From: Eledone cirrhosa
Taxonomy: Eukaryota
DNA length: 64,000 nucleotides
Direction: 5' to 3'
Assembly (NCBI GenBank): GCA_964016885.1
Contig: OZ024745.1
Coordinates: 98,890,001-98,954,000, forward strand
The translations under genes were made by a program, and so were the position numbers. The notes under the pieces are model-generated. The model did not search any database, was not told the DNA's origin, and saw nothing but the letters and a program-made list of their open reading frames with translations. Of this stretch, positions 12,693-26,270 are shown in pieces. The number at the start of each line of letters is the position of its first letter. Positions within the stretch are counted from its first letter, which is position 1.

Positions 12693-15463
12693 TAGAATAC
12701 TCAATAAAAAGTAATTTCTAACATTGATATAAGCTACAATTTTGGTGGAGAGACGTACAGTTTATGAATACTTATTTTATTGGAACAGGAAAACTGACAA
12801 GATTTGAACTCTAAGGAAAGTAATTAAATACTGCAACGCATTTTATCTGACATGGTGATGATGATGATGATGATGACTACTGGTTATACAATTAAAATAA
12901 ACTACAGCTGTCACTCACAATCAAAGATAACTTGTTAATATTTAGCATGCTTTCACTAAGGGCTTTAAGTACCTATGCAATCACAAGCAGACACTCTTTC
13001 AATGCTGCCTTTCTTGATCTAGTAGATCATCCAGGAAATGACAGTTGGAAGGAGAGAAAGGAAGAGCTGCACCAGCACTGGGCTGGTCCATTCTTTAATG
13101 ACTCTGAAAAAATGAAAGTCAAAATGGACCTCAATGGGATTTGAATTCTGAATGCAGAGACCTGGAACTAATAGCCAATACTTTATTGGCTTTGTAAAAT
13201 ATTGCTTATACATGGCAATATAACCAAATTGTTTTTTATTTTATTTTTGTCACGCAAACATATCCATGGGCCCTGAACTTCTGGTGGAGTCATAGGAGCA
13301 CACACCTCCTTCTCCACGTTGGATCATAGCTGATTTCTTCCAGAGAAAGAAAGTAAGAAAGATAGAGGAAGAATTGACCAGAGCACTGGATTGATATTTT
13401 ATTTATTGATCCTGAAAGTATGAAAGGTAAAGTTGACTGTGACTACTAGAAGTTTTGTTATTACAAAACATTATCAGAATTATTGTCTGCTTTTCTACCT
13501 AAACCTGATGTCCTAAACAAATGTCTTAGTATGTTTAAAACTGTCATTATTATAATTCTAATGAAAGGCACTGATTATGATTTTCAAATCATTTTGAAAA
13601 TAGTCAAGAACTTAAATGATTTAATAATAAAACTAACTTTCTTACTATTAAGTTGTTATTTGGCACATAACTTTATAAAGGCTCTTACATAAATCATGAT
13701 AGAAGGTTTTTATATAAATATAAAAACTTTAAAATAAACAACCTTGTATCATAGAACCAGGGGCAGTTTTGTGCAATTTAGTAATGAAAGGGTTGAACTT
13801 ATTAATATTGCTTCTCAATTCTATATGCTGCTACTACAGCACCAAAATATTTACAAACTCAAGCTATTCTTACACCATTCTGGAATGCCTATGTACTTTA
13901 AAAACAAGTAGAGAGAAACAAGGTTAGGTTAGGTAGATAAAAGTAAGGTATACAGTACCAAAAGGTAATATAACAGATCTAACTTGATACAGATTGGATA
14001 CCGATAAACATCAGCTTCTGTATATTTTCAGATGATATTATCTTAAAAATATAAATAACTTCTACACGGAAGTCACTCTGAAAACCTCATATATGTAGTG
14101 TTTGTTGAAATGTAGTGTTTGTTTATTTGTAGTGTTTGTTTATTTGTGTGGTAATGACAATTAAAGAAAATTGATAAATGTGAAAATCATATTATAGTCA
14201 AGAGAAGAATATTTTGAAAAGTTATAATATCATCATCATTTAACATCCATTTTCCCTGCTAGTGTATGTATATTGTATATATTGTGTTGACTAAGGCTTC
14301 AGATTCTGCCTTAGTGCCTTATTCAACCAAGTATTGAGTTCTTCCAGAAGTAAATATTTGTTGTTATTTATAATTCTATAATTAAACAACCTCAACACAC
14401 ACACATTATATGAAGAGTTAGTTATAAAACAGTCCCTTTCAAGTAGAGACATACAGAACAATGTTAGCATAGAGTTCAGGTTAGACTTATTCCTGTGAAG
14501 ATAATTTGATGTGAAACAGTATAAATCTATTGGTTTTAGAAACATTTCTAGTCATAAAAGCAGGAGTTATGCTCTTCCTGGTTATCAGAAATTCCAAACC
14601 TCATAAAATATAGTGACAAACAATGTACTATCTGATTTTACATTGTGTTCTACTTCCATTGATTCCAATGAAGAGTTCCAGTTGTTTGCACAGTGGAATA
14701 GCCTCCATGTAAAATTAACGAGCAAGTGGTTGAGCATTCCAAATAAGTGTATTTTAAACATATTTCTCTGGATGATTCATTGTGAAACAGTGTATGACAA
14801 GGCTAGCCCTTTAAATCACAGGTACAATGCATTTTTGCCAGCTGTGTGGACTGAAGTAACATGAAATAAAGTGTCTTGCTCAAGGACACAATATGCTCTT
14901 GGGGATCAAACTGACTACATTACAATTGTATGGTGTCCAATACTGAGTTGTATTTAAAACAGATAGGTAGGTGGGAGCAACAGTTACAAGGTGAGGAAAA
15001 ACAAAAAGTAAGAGAATGATAAAGAATGATGAGCATGGTATAGCAAACTCATCATCAGTCACTGGAACAGTTCTTTTATTTTCCTTGGAAGAAGAGATGT
15101 TAATCTTGAAATATCAGGACATATGAATAAATTAAGGTAAAAAAACAAGCCCTGTCTCTTACGATTTAATTATTCTCCGTCCAAACCTGCATTGCCATGG
15201 CTTTCAAACTTTGAATTCTTTCTTTATTTTTTCTCAATCTTGGAGTCAAGAGTATAAAGAAGGAAAGTAGCTTCAGATATGAAGTAAGTAATTGATTAAA
15301 CCAGGCCTTACTAAAATGTGTAAAGTTTCAAGGTGAGTGGTGATGGTGGTGGTGGTGGTTTGAGGGGGGGGGGGGCACAAGTGAAATGAATATATATATA
15401 TATATACTTCGTTTTTGTATTTGTTTTGTAAGATTTTCCATGTGAAAACGTGTGTTGAAACAG

Positions 15464-15779
15464 ATATTGTTATACTTTGGGAGGGTCATGCTGCTAATTA
15501 AAACACATACACCAGTTGAGTTTCACTTCAATTCATTATAATTTCCTGCCAGTTAGTTTAATAACCAGATGGTTGTTCAGTTGTTAATTGTCAAAGCTCT
15601 TTTCTCACACATTCTGTGACCTCTTCAGTAATTACTTTTGTTACTTTGTGTCTCTTCTTAGTTCTGTTTCACCCTATCTTGTCTTTGTGAGCTGCGAAAT
15701 TATAATAATAAATTGAAGTTAAACTCAACTGGTTTTTTTTTTTTATTGGCAGCATGACCCTCCCAAAGTATAACAATAT
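15464..15779. mobile_element. Inverted-repeat (MITE-like) element with ~80 bp arms
   Basis: atattgttatactttgggagggtcatgctgc...ccagttgagtt..acttcaatt..ttataatttc (15464-15545) pairs with 15696-15779. Confidence 0.75.
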
Positions 15780-16329
15780 ATATATATATATATAGTATAA
15801 AACTAACTGTTCAAAAGGCAAGTGCTCAGCTGTCGGATCCCGACTCTTTATAATACTCTACAACCTCAAGTATTGAGTACTCAGTTGAGTAATGGTCGAA
15901 CCAGTTTCAAACTAGTTCTATCCATATATATATATATACATACACACTCACTCATACACACATACATGTATATATGTTCTAGCTTTAAGATCATTGTTTT
16001 CTAATTATTGCAATTTATCCTGCAAAAAATAAAACTTTGTAATTGTATATTTAAAAATAAATCTACAAATTTCACATTTAATAATTATGGGGTCACGATT
16101 TTGAGAGATAGGGAAATCGAGGTATAGAATGTGTGACTTATAACAGAAAATACACATATGCCAACACTACTACACTATCTTTCAAAGATGTTTAGTTTCA
16201 TAGTGTTATCCTAGCACACAATAATAAACAGATGCAATCACAATCTGATGTAATCATTATGCAATCACATCAGGTCACACAGACTAAACCCCAATATATA
16301 AATGAGCTAATGAAGGAGTTTCTTCAAGA

Positions 16330-16510
16330 GTCTCTGCTAGAAATAGCAGTCAAATTTTCAAATTACATTCCATCATCTTAGAAAAGAATGCATTGGATAA
16401 TGTTTTTTGGGGTTCTCTGCACATAGGATAAAGGCTGGATGGTTATGGCTGGAATGCGTATGACCATAAAATCTGCTTGATATGGGTTGACCTGGGGTTA
16501 AACAACAACA
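16330..16510 (+). mobile_element. Retroposon 3' fragment ending in (AAC)n; related copies at ~8750-8885 (+) and ~10715-10870 (-)
   Basis: Shared ...atggctggaatgc...tctgcttgat...cctggg(g)(c/t)taaacaacaac end. Confidence 0.55.
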
Positions 16511-17538
16511 AAAATCAATAGCTAAAGCAGGCAAATACTTGAAAAAAAAAATCAAAGTGTGAATAAGTTGCTGACATAACTGTACCAACATAACTGTGTG
16601 TGTTTGTGTGAGTGTGTGTGTGTGTGTGAGTGTTTGTGTGTGGAAAATTGCAATGTAGTAATAGTGATTATTTGATAAACTTATTTCATCTATATAGATA
16701 ACTTCCTCCTTTGGCAAGCAACATGTAGCTCCGTCCTCTCATCTAATCCCAGCCAGGCTAAGGACACAACAAACACCCTAATGTGCTAATGAAGTAGTGC
16801 TAGTACCACATTAAAGAATACCCAGCTCACTTTGTAAAGTGGTAGTGATGGGGCCACAATAAAAGGCACCTAGCCTACGTGAAAGCATTTGTATCACACC
16901 AAAAAGCACCAGTCCACTATGTAAAGTATAAGTCATGGTGCCATGACAAAACACTCCTAATACACACTATAAAGAGGTTGGCATTAGGAAGGACATCCAG
17001 CTGCAGGTACCAAGTAAAAAATGGAATATATAAGCATGATATGATTACATGATTGATCAAACCTCATAACATGACAACCTGTCTAACTCATGGAATATAG
17101 TCAATAAACAGTGGTGACAATGGTGATAGATTAAAAGTGAGAGGAATATACAAATAAAAATAGGCATTAAACAGTGATGGTGAATATGATGATAATAGAT
17201 GAAAAGTGAAATGACCATAACAATGTAAATTTGTAATCAACAGAAACCCTAAACCTAACTTCAAGTTAACACAACCGTCTTTTAATTAGGTTGAAACAAA
17301 TGAATAGATTTATAAGTTATGAAACAATATTTGCCAGCAGATCCACTGCTAATATATCAATGTTTCTAGTCATTCAACCAGCAACCTGTGCACCATAGTT
17401 CTGTGCTATCAGAATTACCTGTGTGCTATAAGTCTGTATCAACATACTGCTAGAAGGTGGATCTATATAAGGAAATATTCACATTATTTAGAGTAACCAA
17501 ATTAATTTATTAACCAATTTAACAATTTGTGTTATTAA

Positions 17539-17733
17539 TCCTTTCATTACTGTACTGCTAATGAAATAATAACTAATTATTTTGTAAGTAACCTGATATT
17601 TAAAACATTACTTCACAAAACTTTATTTAATAAAATTATGATGAAAGGATTTAATATAAGTATAAACAAACCAAAAGGAGCATTTCTTTTTTATAAATGT
17701 AGGGCAGTTTCAAGGGGTTTAGTATCAAAAGGG
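17539..17733 (+). mobile_element. piggyBac-type MITE, family B (diverged)
   Basis: TTAA flanks and right end agtatcaaaaggg|TTAA. Other copies at ~6237-6425, 13530-13795, 36313-36593, 47681-47894 and 58479-58715. Confidence 0.7.
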
Positions 17734-19806
17734 TTAATAGGGAATTGTTTACTATGAAGTTTCACTAAACTAAAGTCACTATTAATAACAAATGTTATAC
17801 TGACTCTGTACAAAGTATATGAGTCCTTCCTTCACATGTATGTTGTATATGTCTATTACATAAAAACATAAAACAAGCATTTATTAACTAATTCTAGTTA
17901 CACAATACAATATCAAAATCAAAATTATATATATAGTTCCACAGTACAATATCAAAATGAAATATATTACTATCTCCATTTATAGGTTTATTGTGTCAAA
18001 AGAAACAACACTTCTGCACATAAGATGTATCACACTATGTAAGCAGTCAGTAGCCCTAGTGCTGTTACCATGATAAAAAGCAACCATTACACACTGTAAA
18101 GTATTTGGCATTAAGAAGGGCATCCAGCTGTAGAAACCCTGTCAAGACAGGAATGTATGTGAGTGAGATGTATTCCCTGGCTTATGTAGAAAGACAGTAG
18201 TCCTGAGCTGGACTGTGAGCACCTGTCTAACACATACTGGCATGGAAAAATGGATGTAAAACTATGATGATGAAGTGTGCTGTAGATTTCAATACACAAC
18301 ACATAGACACATCTTTATGTTCTTGTCAATGCTTTTTGTATAGATATGAAACAAAAAAAAAAAAAGGGAAAAAAAAACTGAAAAACAGTAAAGAAAGTAT
18401 AAAAGTCCCCATTTTACTATACTCATAATTTTTGGCATTATACATAATTAAAGAATCATTATTTTTTTTTTAATAAAACTGTACTGTTTCAGTAAGAAAT
18501 AAACCACAAGGGAGATATCAATGATTTGACTATTATAGCTAATATCCATATCCCAAAGTTTGTGGCATTGTTTTTTTTTTTTTTTTTATGATTAAAAATG
18601 TTCTATAATATGATGTTTTAGAAATTCTATCAAATTTCCAACTCACAAACTGCTTCAGCTAAAACTCTTATAAAGAGATACAACTAAAATATTTATTACT
18701 TCAGACTGACACTTCATTTTGACTTGATCTTCTAAAATGTAGGATGTTGATTACATTTTTCTTAAAATCAACTATTTAAAAGAGTTTCGAAAAAGTTAAA
18801 AACTGGGAACATGAGTAATTGAAGTAAATAAAGATGCTAATTCTCAAATATATATTTTACCTGTTAATGAGAAAGGAAATGTCAAATTAATGGTTTTCAA
18901 TGAATGAGGGATAGACAAATAGATACACTAACCTGATGTAACAACATTTATATACAGGGAAATAGGTAAAAATTAGGACATGAAGTGAGGTTTCAGAAGT
19001 TTTATAAATTTCCAATATCTTAGGTAATCCAGGTGTGTCTGAGAGAAGGTAGAATATATTCTGCCCCCCAACTAGTGTATGTCGATCATCTCACTCAACA
19101 TAACGAACAACAGCATCAGTGAAAGATGTTCCAATGTTTCTGTACTTTTCAGTTTGTTGTTCTAGTTTTGTGAAGTTGATGGACAACTGGACAGGTAAAT
19201 CAATACTAGTAATGTTGCAGTAATCAGCAGCTAAGTTAGTTCTATTGCAGGGGACTGCTACATACAGTACATAGTTATTCAGAACATAAAGTGATAATGA
19301 TGGGGAGAAGGAAGAGGAGATTCATATGTGAAAATATGGAAGTAACATCTCCAGATCCAATATTCCCTATGTTATAAATAATCCATGGAGTTATTTGTAA
19401 GTTGTTACATAGACACTTTATCAATGTTCTTGCACTAATTATGGGTATATGGGTGAGATGGAAATAGTTTATTATTAGCAAATAAAAGTAATTAAATCAC
19501 TTTAGTAATTAGTGGATATGATAAAATAGGAAGAGACTCAAGTAACTTATATAACATGTTACAAAATTGTTTGCTGGAAAGGGTTAGAATACTAGACTTT
19601 GGAGGAAGGACCTACAATTTTTGGCTTTTATTAGATTCAATTAGTTAAGTGAAAATACTAATTCAATACAATCATCATCGTTTTCACATCTGTTTTTCTA
19701 TGTTCACATAGACTGCAAGGTTTGTTTGTCCCCTATATTGACACTAAAGATTTTAGTTTCCTTCCAATATTGTTCTTACAAACTTTACAGAATACCTTTT
19801 CACTCT

Positions 19807-21468
19807 TCTGTTGGTCAACCAAGGTGTCTCTATTTTAGTCAGGGTGAGCTGTAGAGATTAATGAAATCAATTCTCAACAGAAAGCCTTATCTGTTGGTCA
19901 ACCAAGGTGTCTCTATTTTAGTCAGGGTGAGCTGTAGAGATTAATGAAATCAATTCTCAACAGAAAGCCTTATCTGTTGGTCAACCAAGGTGTCTCTATT
20001 TTAGTCAGGGTGAGCTGTAGAGATTAATGAAATCAATTCTCAACAGAAAGCCTTATCTGTTGGTCAACCAAGGTGCCTCTATTTTAGTCAGGGTGAGCTG
20101 TAGAGATTAATGAAATCAATTCTCAACAGAAAGCCTTATCTGTTGGTCAACCAAGGTGTCTCTATTTTAGTCAGGGTGAGCTGTAGAGATTAATGAAATC
20201 AATTCTCAACAGAAAGCCTTATCTGTTGGTCAACCAAGGTGCCTCTATTTTAGTTAGGATTGGCTGTAGAGATTAATGAAATCAATTCTCAACAGAAAGC
20301 CTTATCTGTTGGTCAACCAAGGTGCCTCTATTTTAGTTAGGATTGGCTGTAGAGATTAATGAAATCAATTCTCAACAGAAAGCCTTATCTGTTGGTCAAC
20401 CAAGGTGCCTCTATTTTAGTCAGGGTGAGCTGTAGAGATTAATGAAATCAATTCTCAACAGAAAGCCTTATCTGTTGGTCAACCAAGGTGCCTCTATTTT
20501 AGTTAGGATTGGCTGTAGAGATTAATGAAATCAATTCTCAACAGAAAGCCTTATCTGTTGGTCAACCAAGGTGCCTCTATTTTAGTCAGGGTGAGCTGTA
20601 GAGATTAATGAAATCAATTCTCAACAGAAAGCCTTATCTGTTGGTCAACCAAGGTGCCTCTATTTTAGTTAGGATTGGCTGTAGAGATTAATGAAATCAA
20701 TTCTCAACAGAAAGCCTTATCTGTTGGTCAACCAAGGTGTCTCTATTTTAGTCAGGGTGAGCTGTAGAGATTAATGAAATCAATTCTCAACAGAAAGCCT
20801 TATCTGTTGGTCAACCAAGGTGTCTCTATTTTAGTCAGGGTGAGCTGTAGAGATTAATGAAATCAATTCTCAACAGAAAGCCTTATCTGTTGGTCAACCA
20901 AGGTGCCTCTATTTTAGTTAGGATTGGCTGTAGAGATTAATGAAATCAATTCTCAACAGAAAGCCTTATCTGTTGGTCAACCAAGGTGCCTCTATTTTAG
21001 TTAGGATTGGCTGTAGAGATTAATGAAATCAATTCTCAACAGAAAGCCTTATCTGTTGGTCAACCAAGGTGTCTCTATTTTAGTCAGGGTGAGCTGTAGA
21101 GATTAATGAAATCAATTCTCAACAGAAAGCCTTATCTGTTGGTCAACCAAGGTGCCTCTATTTTAGTTAGGATTGGCTGTAGAGATTAATGAAATCAATT
21201 CTCAACAGAAAGCCTTATCTGTTGGTCAACCAAGGTGCCTCTATTTTAGTCAGGGTGAGCTGTAGAGATTAATGAAATCAATTCTCAACAGAAAGCCTTA
21301 TCTGTTGGTCAACCAAGGTGCCTCTATTTTAGTTAGGATTGGCTGTAGAGATTAATGAAATCAATTCTCAACAGAAAGCCTTATCTGTTGGTCAACCAAG
21401 GTGCCTCTATTTTAGTTAGGATTGGCTGTAGAGATTAATGAAATCAATTCTCAACAGAAAGCCTTATC
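19807..21468. repeat. Minisatellite, 20 x 83 bp
   Basis: Unit tctgttggtcaaccaaggtgYctctattttagt(cagggtga/taggattg)gctgtagagattaatgaaatcaattctcaacagaaagcctta. Constant 83-bp period, no spacers. Confidence 0.98.
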
Positions 21469-21775
21469 ACTATTATACAATATGCAGTAAATTTCTTGTG
21501 TTTATTAAAACATGAGGCAAATTATTATTTACTTTTTCCTTTCATACATTTTTATTGGAAGTTATTCCCAACAAGGTCGCAGGTAACTAGCAATATTACA
21601 GGCCCAAAACAATCACTAACATTTGTTGTTCTTATGTGCCAATGATCTATTTTATAACTTGATATACAAATAATCTAGACTATGGCACTTGATATGAGCT
21701 AAGTTTTTCTTAGTTGTACCCATCTGTCCAATCTCATATAGTTGGGACCATGAATATGATAGATAATAAGATAAT

Positions 21776-22073
21776 ATATAGACAATATGCCTCCACACCC
21801 TCCCACTGCAAAGTGGTCGTGGAGGTGCCACGGCAAAAAAGCACCCAGCCCACACTGTAAAGTGGACATGTAGGCGCCACGGAAAAAAAGCACCCAGCAC
21901 TCACTATAAATGAGGTTGGTGTTAGGAAGGGCATCCAGCTGTAGAAATCAAGCCAGAATCAGTTCCCGTATGAGCAAGACAAGGTCAGCTGACTGGACAC
22001 TGCCCACAACAGGACAACCCGTCTAACCCATGCTAGTGTGGAAGAACGGACGTAAAACGGTGATGATGATGAT
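21776..22073 (+). mobile_element. 5'-truncated copy (3' UTR only) of the RTE LINE at 53465-55813
   Basis: Near-identical reverse complement of 53465-53767, with a (GAT)n tail. Confidence 0.9.
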
Positions 22074-23049
22074 TTTAAATAGAAAATGAGAATCAAGAAA
22101 AATTCAACTCATACTTGCTCTATTAAATTGCTAATTACTATGCTATATAGCATGACCAATAACAAAGTTAATGCTATGATATTCAGTTAGATCATATTTC
22201 ACTAGGATGGGTAACAAATTTTTTATATTGCTAGAGCAAATATTCCTGTCAAATAAAGGCTACTGAAATAAGGAGTGGATAGAGAAGAATATGGCTTTGA
22301 AGATTGAAATGAAAATATATGAAATGGACTTCAGGTGAGATAATTGCTCTGTAAATGCTCTAATTATTTGAAAACAAATAAGGTAGGCCACTCTTATTGC
22401 TGTCAGATTCTTTAATTAGCTACTCAGTATATCATTAGATCTACAAACCACATAAACAAGGTGAAATATTTTGAAAGAAAGCAAAATGAATTAAGCCTTA
22501 ATATTAAAAAAAAATAATTAATTCCATGACTTTTATGGCCAAGATGTAACTTTAATCTTTCATTTTAGTATAGAATCTTTTTTTACTTTTCTATTCTTAC
22601 CTTCTTTTAAAGAACTTTTTGCATTCGATATTTTTGATAATGATTTCCAAAGAAATATAACTGAATGCAGTCATCAAGGTAATTAAGTTTATTTAATAGA
22701 TATCTGTTCATTAGCTCTTGAAAGGTATCTTAAATAGTACTAAAAAAAGCTTTCTAATATAAGCAAGTCGTATCTATATCCTGCATTTTGATATCTGATA
22801 GCAGTTAAAGGCCACATGTTAACATAAGATTGCTGAACTCATATTGCAGTACTAATTTCTCTCTAGAATATTTGTCAGAAAGGAATCCTTTTAAGAACAA
22901 ACACTATGACCCTTAACATCAACATAATTTCTAGTCTACCATTCCCAATCTTAAGCACTTGGAAACCATTCTGACTACTGTAACTTTATACAACAGCTGG
23001 AAATAATTACAAGACATACTACATCAAGTAACGGTTTCATAACATATTT

Positions 23050-23790
23050 TTTCTACTTTTCCGAATGAAATCTATCCAGAAATGAATTATTTGTAATTAC
23101 TAAGTAAGCAGTGCCTTTAAATGTTTAGCAGATTAATCAACATCCACATGGCACCAGAAAATGCTTATAAAGAATAAGCAACAAAAATAGAAATACCCTC
23201 TTGTGCAGGAAAAGCTTTTTAGGAGATATTGCCATTCATCAATGAAAAGACTTTTTCCAGGTTGGTAATAGTTCTTAAATGCTCTTTATATAGCGTCCAG
23301 TGCCTATATTTAAATGCTCTTTATATAGCGTCCAGTGCCTATATTTAAATGCTCTTTATATAGAGTCCAGTGCCTATATTTTAAATATGGGGTTATAATC
23401 TTCCTTTCCACGCATTGGAGTCTCATATAAGTACATACTGACACAACTTTAAATAATGTCTTCTGGTCATCATAGTAGAAGCATAGATGTAATTGAAGGG
23501 TTAATCTGTGCTTCAGTAGCTGGTAATCCTGAGAAGCTTCCTAATACTCATTATGTTATAGTTATTATAAAAAAGAATTTTGTCCAGATATGTACAAGAC
23601 AATAGTCTTTTTTCATGTTTCCTTTGCTTATGTTCTGCATAATAATTTGTTTCCATAGTTAACGTCTGAAATATTTTAAATAGGGAAAAATAAAAGGACA
23701 TAATCGACTGGTTTCAAATCATTGTGAAGACAGATTGAGTCTTAGTTCAGCCCAAAAATTTGGAAGAGAAATATATTTAAAAATTTTCAT
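23050..23790 (-). pseudogene. Degraded piggyBac (PGBD4-like, DDE_Tnp_1_7) transposase
   Basis: Frameshifted peptides PVDYVLLFFP..FQTLTMETNYYAE, MMTRRHYLKLCQY, PMRGKEDYNPIFKI and FKNYYQPGKSLFIDE occur in the expected order. Boundaries are approximate. Confidence 0.75.
23276..23381. repeat. 35-bp tandem triplication inside the piggyBac remnant
   Basis: taaatgctctttatatag(c/a)gtccagtgcctatatt x3. Confidence 0.92.
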
Positions 23791-24763
23791 CCACTGTATT
23801 TCCAAAATAATTTTGTTTTCCCTTTCAATATTGCTGTAGGGAACTGCTATCATTATCGGAAATCATTCAACTCTATGTTCAACACATGGTCATATGTGTT
23901 GTATTTTCCATTGGTTTTTTCTGTCTCTTTAACAAATTTTTTCAAATTTAAAATGATTATTACCGAATATGTTAGCAAAAAGATACTTATAATTATGTCA
24001 AAAACACCCTGCTAAATTCATAAATTCCTGTGATAGAAATGGCAGATGATGTAAAGCAAGTGGCTATCTTGTGAAATCATGTGTCATCACTGGTGTAGTA
24101 ATGACATTTTTATTTATATTCTGATTCAAATAGATAATTGTGGTCAATATTGGGAAGGTCAGTAATTTAAGACTATGAAAATTCTTGGGGTTGGTATTGA
24201 AAGGATTAATAAATATACATTTAGCCTCACTACATAAACAGACCTTTTGGATAAATAACTAGTTTCTCTCAATTGAACAAACCGAAGAACAACTTGACTA
24301 GTTTTGCCTGGTTATGTCAGTTTATCCAGAGCATCCACTTTGTTCTATAGAAATAGAAAGTAGCTTACAACTTCTGAAAAATACTATGAATAATTGGAAC
24401 TGACTTTACTCATTTGTATATAAATACATTTGTTGGTGGTGTGTAATAATTAAAACATATCTGTGTGAGAATAAATTGTAAATAAGTTTACAGGTGTATA
24501 TTTAACCAGAAGTTATATTTATACATCCGGGCTAAATGTTTATTAAACATATGCATAAAAACTTATTTAGATTTATTCACAAACACGCTACCTCAGTACT
24601 TTAGTCATATATATAGTTCTAAGAAAAGTTTTGTGTGTGTGTGTATGTGATGATGAAACAACTTCAAGTGTGTAACAAACATCAAACAAATCTTTGTTAA
24701 GCTAAATAAGACCTTTGTTTAGTTGGCAATCAGAAAGCTAAGCATATATGGATGTTTGGCATA

Positions 24764-25978
24764 CAAGGGAAGGCTGATAGGTTCATACGCTGACCATGAA
24801 ATAGTGACACTAGAGCTGTGAAATTTTGCATGTATTAATTTCAACTCTTATTAATAAGTGCATTGTTTTTATCCAGGTAAACTGACATCTGACTGTTCAA
24901 AGAAGACTTCAAAAGTAACAAGAAGTGACTTATCTTGAAAATGGTCAAAATTTGGCATCATGCTGTTATCAAGTACTTGCAGAAAAAAGGGTTTAGCCCC
25001 CAAGGGCATTCATGCTGACATGGTTGCTACATTAGCATTTGACACTCCAATTTTATAAAGGATGCAAAAGTGGGCAACTGCCACCACAGAAGAAAACATT
25101 GATTGTGTTCACCACATGGTGATGGATATGACAGGCAATTGACTATAAATCAAATAGCCAATGCTATTAGCATATCCCATGAGACAACTGAGAATATTCT
25201 GCACAATGAACTTGGCATGACAAAGGTTTCTGCTCAGTGGGTACCATGTCATCTGACACCTGATCAAAAGTGCACCAGGCTGATCACATCACAGGAAAAT
25301 CTAACATTGTTTTAAGTAGATCCAGCTAGTTTTCTAACCCAGGATGAGTGTTGGGTTCATCAATTTGAGCCAGAGACAAAGAGACAATCCATGCAGAGGA
25401 AACACCCCCTCCTCACCTACTCCAAAGAAGACCAAGGTCGTTTCATTTACAGGGGAGGTGATGGCCTCAGTTTTTTGAGATGCAAAAAGCATTGTGTTTA
25501 TTGACTATCTTCAAAAGGGCCACACCATCAATGGAGAGTATTATGCCAACTTGCTGAGGCAGTCATGAAAGGCTATCAAGACCAAACGCTCAGGAAAACT
25601 GATGAAAGGGGTCTTATTTCATCAGGACAATGCTCTAGCACACAAGTCCTTGGTTTCAATGGCTGTTGTGCATGACTATGGCTTTGAACTGGTTGATCAC
25701 CCTCCCTATTCTGATTTGGCCCCATCTGACTATCATCTGTTCCCCAACATGAAAAAACACTTGGCTGGGAACCAGTTCCACAGTGATGATGACATCATAT
25801 CTGTTGACTTTCTTTTTACCAAAAATATGAAAGCTTCTTCCCCAATGGTATGCAAACACTACCACACCAAAGAAAGAAGTGTGTGGACCACAAAGGGAAC
25901 TATGTTGAAAAATAAACCTCATTTGGTCATATTCCATGAGTATCATGGTCACCCTATGAACTTTTCAGTGAACCCCTG
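24764..25978 (+). mobile_element. Near full-length inactive mariner transposon
   Basis: TA target sites and imperfect 36-bp TIRs (..GTTCATA.G.TGACCATGA). Transposase remnants from ATG 24941 include WVPCHLT, TQDECW, HQDNA and HPPYS-DLAPSDYHLF, with stops, frameshifts and an apparent deletion near 25075. Confidence 0.93.
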
Positions 25979-26040
25979 TAAGTTAAGAGAAATGCCTCCT
26001 CTGTGGACAGCAAAATCTTTTGATGTGTTTGAAAATTAGA

Positions 26041-26077
<37 letters not shown>

Positions 26078-26084
26078 CACATAG

Positions 26085-26270
26085 AGAGAGTGTGTAATAG
26101 ATATAATACCAATATATATGCACAGAGTGTGTAATAGATATAATGTCAATATATATATACACACAGTGTGTAATAGGTATAATGTCTCTCTATATATATT
26201 CACACACAGTGTGCAATAGGTATAATGTTAATATATATACACACACACAGTGTGTAATAGGTATAATGTT
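26085..26270. repeat. ~41-bp tandem repeat, about 5 copies
   Basis: agtgtgtaatag(a/g)tataat...atatatatacacac recurs. Confidence 0.85.

Noticed and set aside
19807-21468. CRISPR-like appearance (regular, partly palindromic repeats)
   Set aside because: No unique spacers, no cas genes, and the context is a eukaryotic intron. It is a plain tandem array.
23490-23503. GAAGGGTTAA as a piggyBac MITE end
   Set aside because: It falls inside the degraded transposase coding sequence and has no matching left end.
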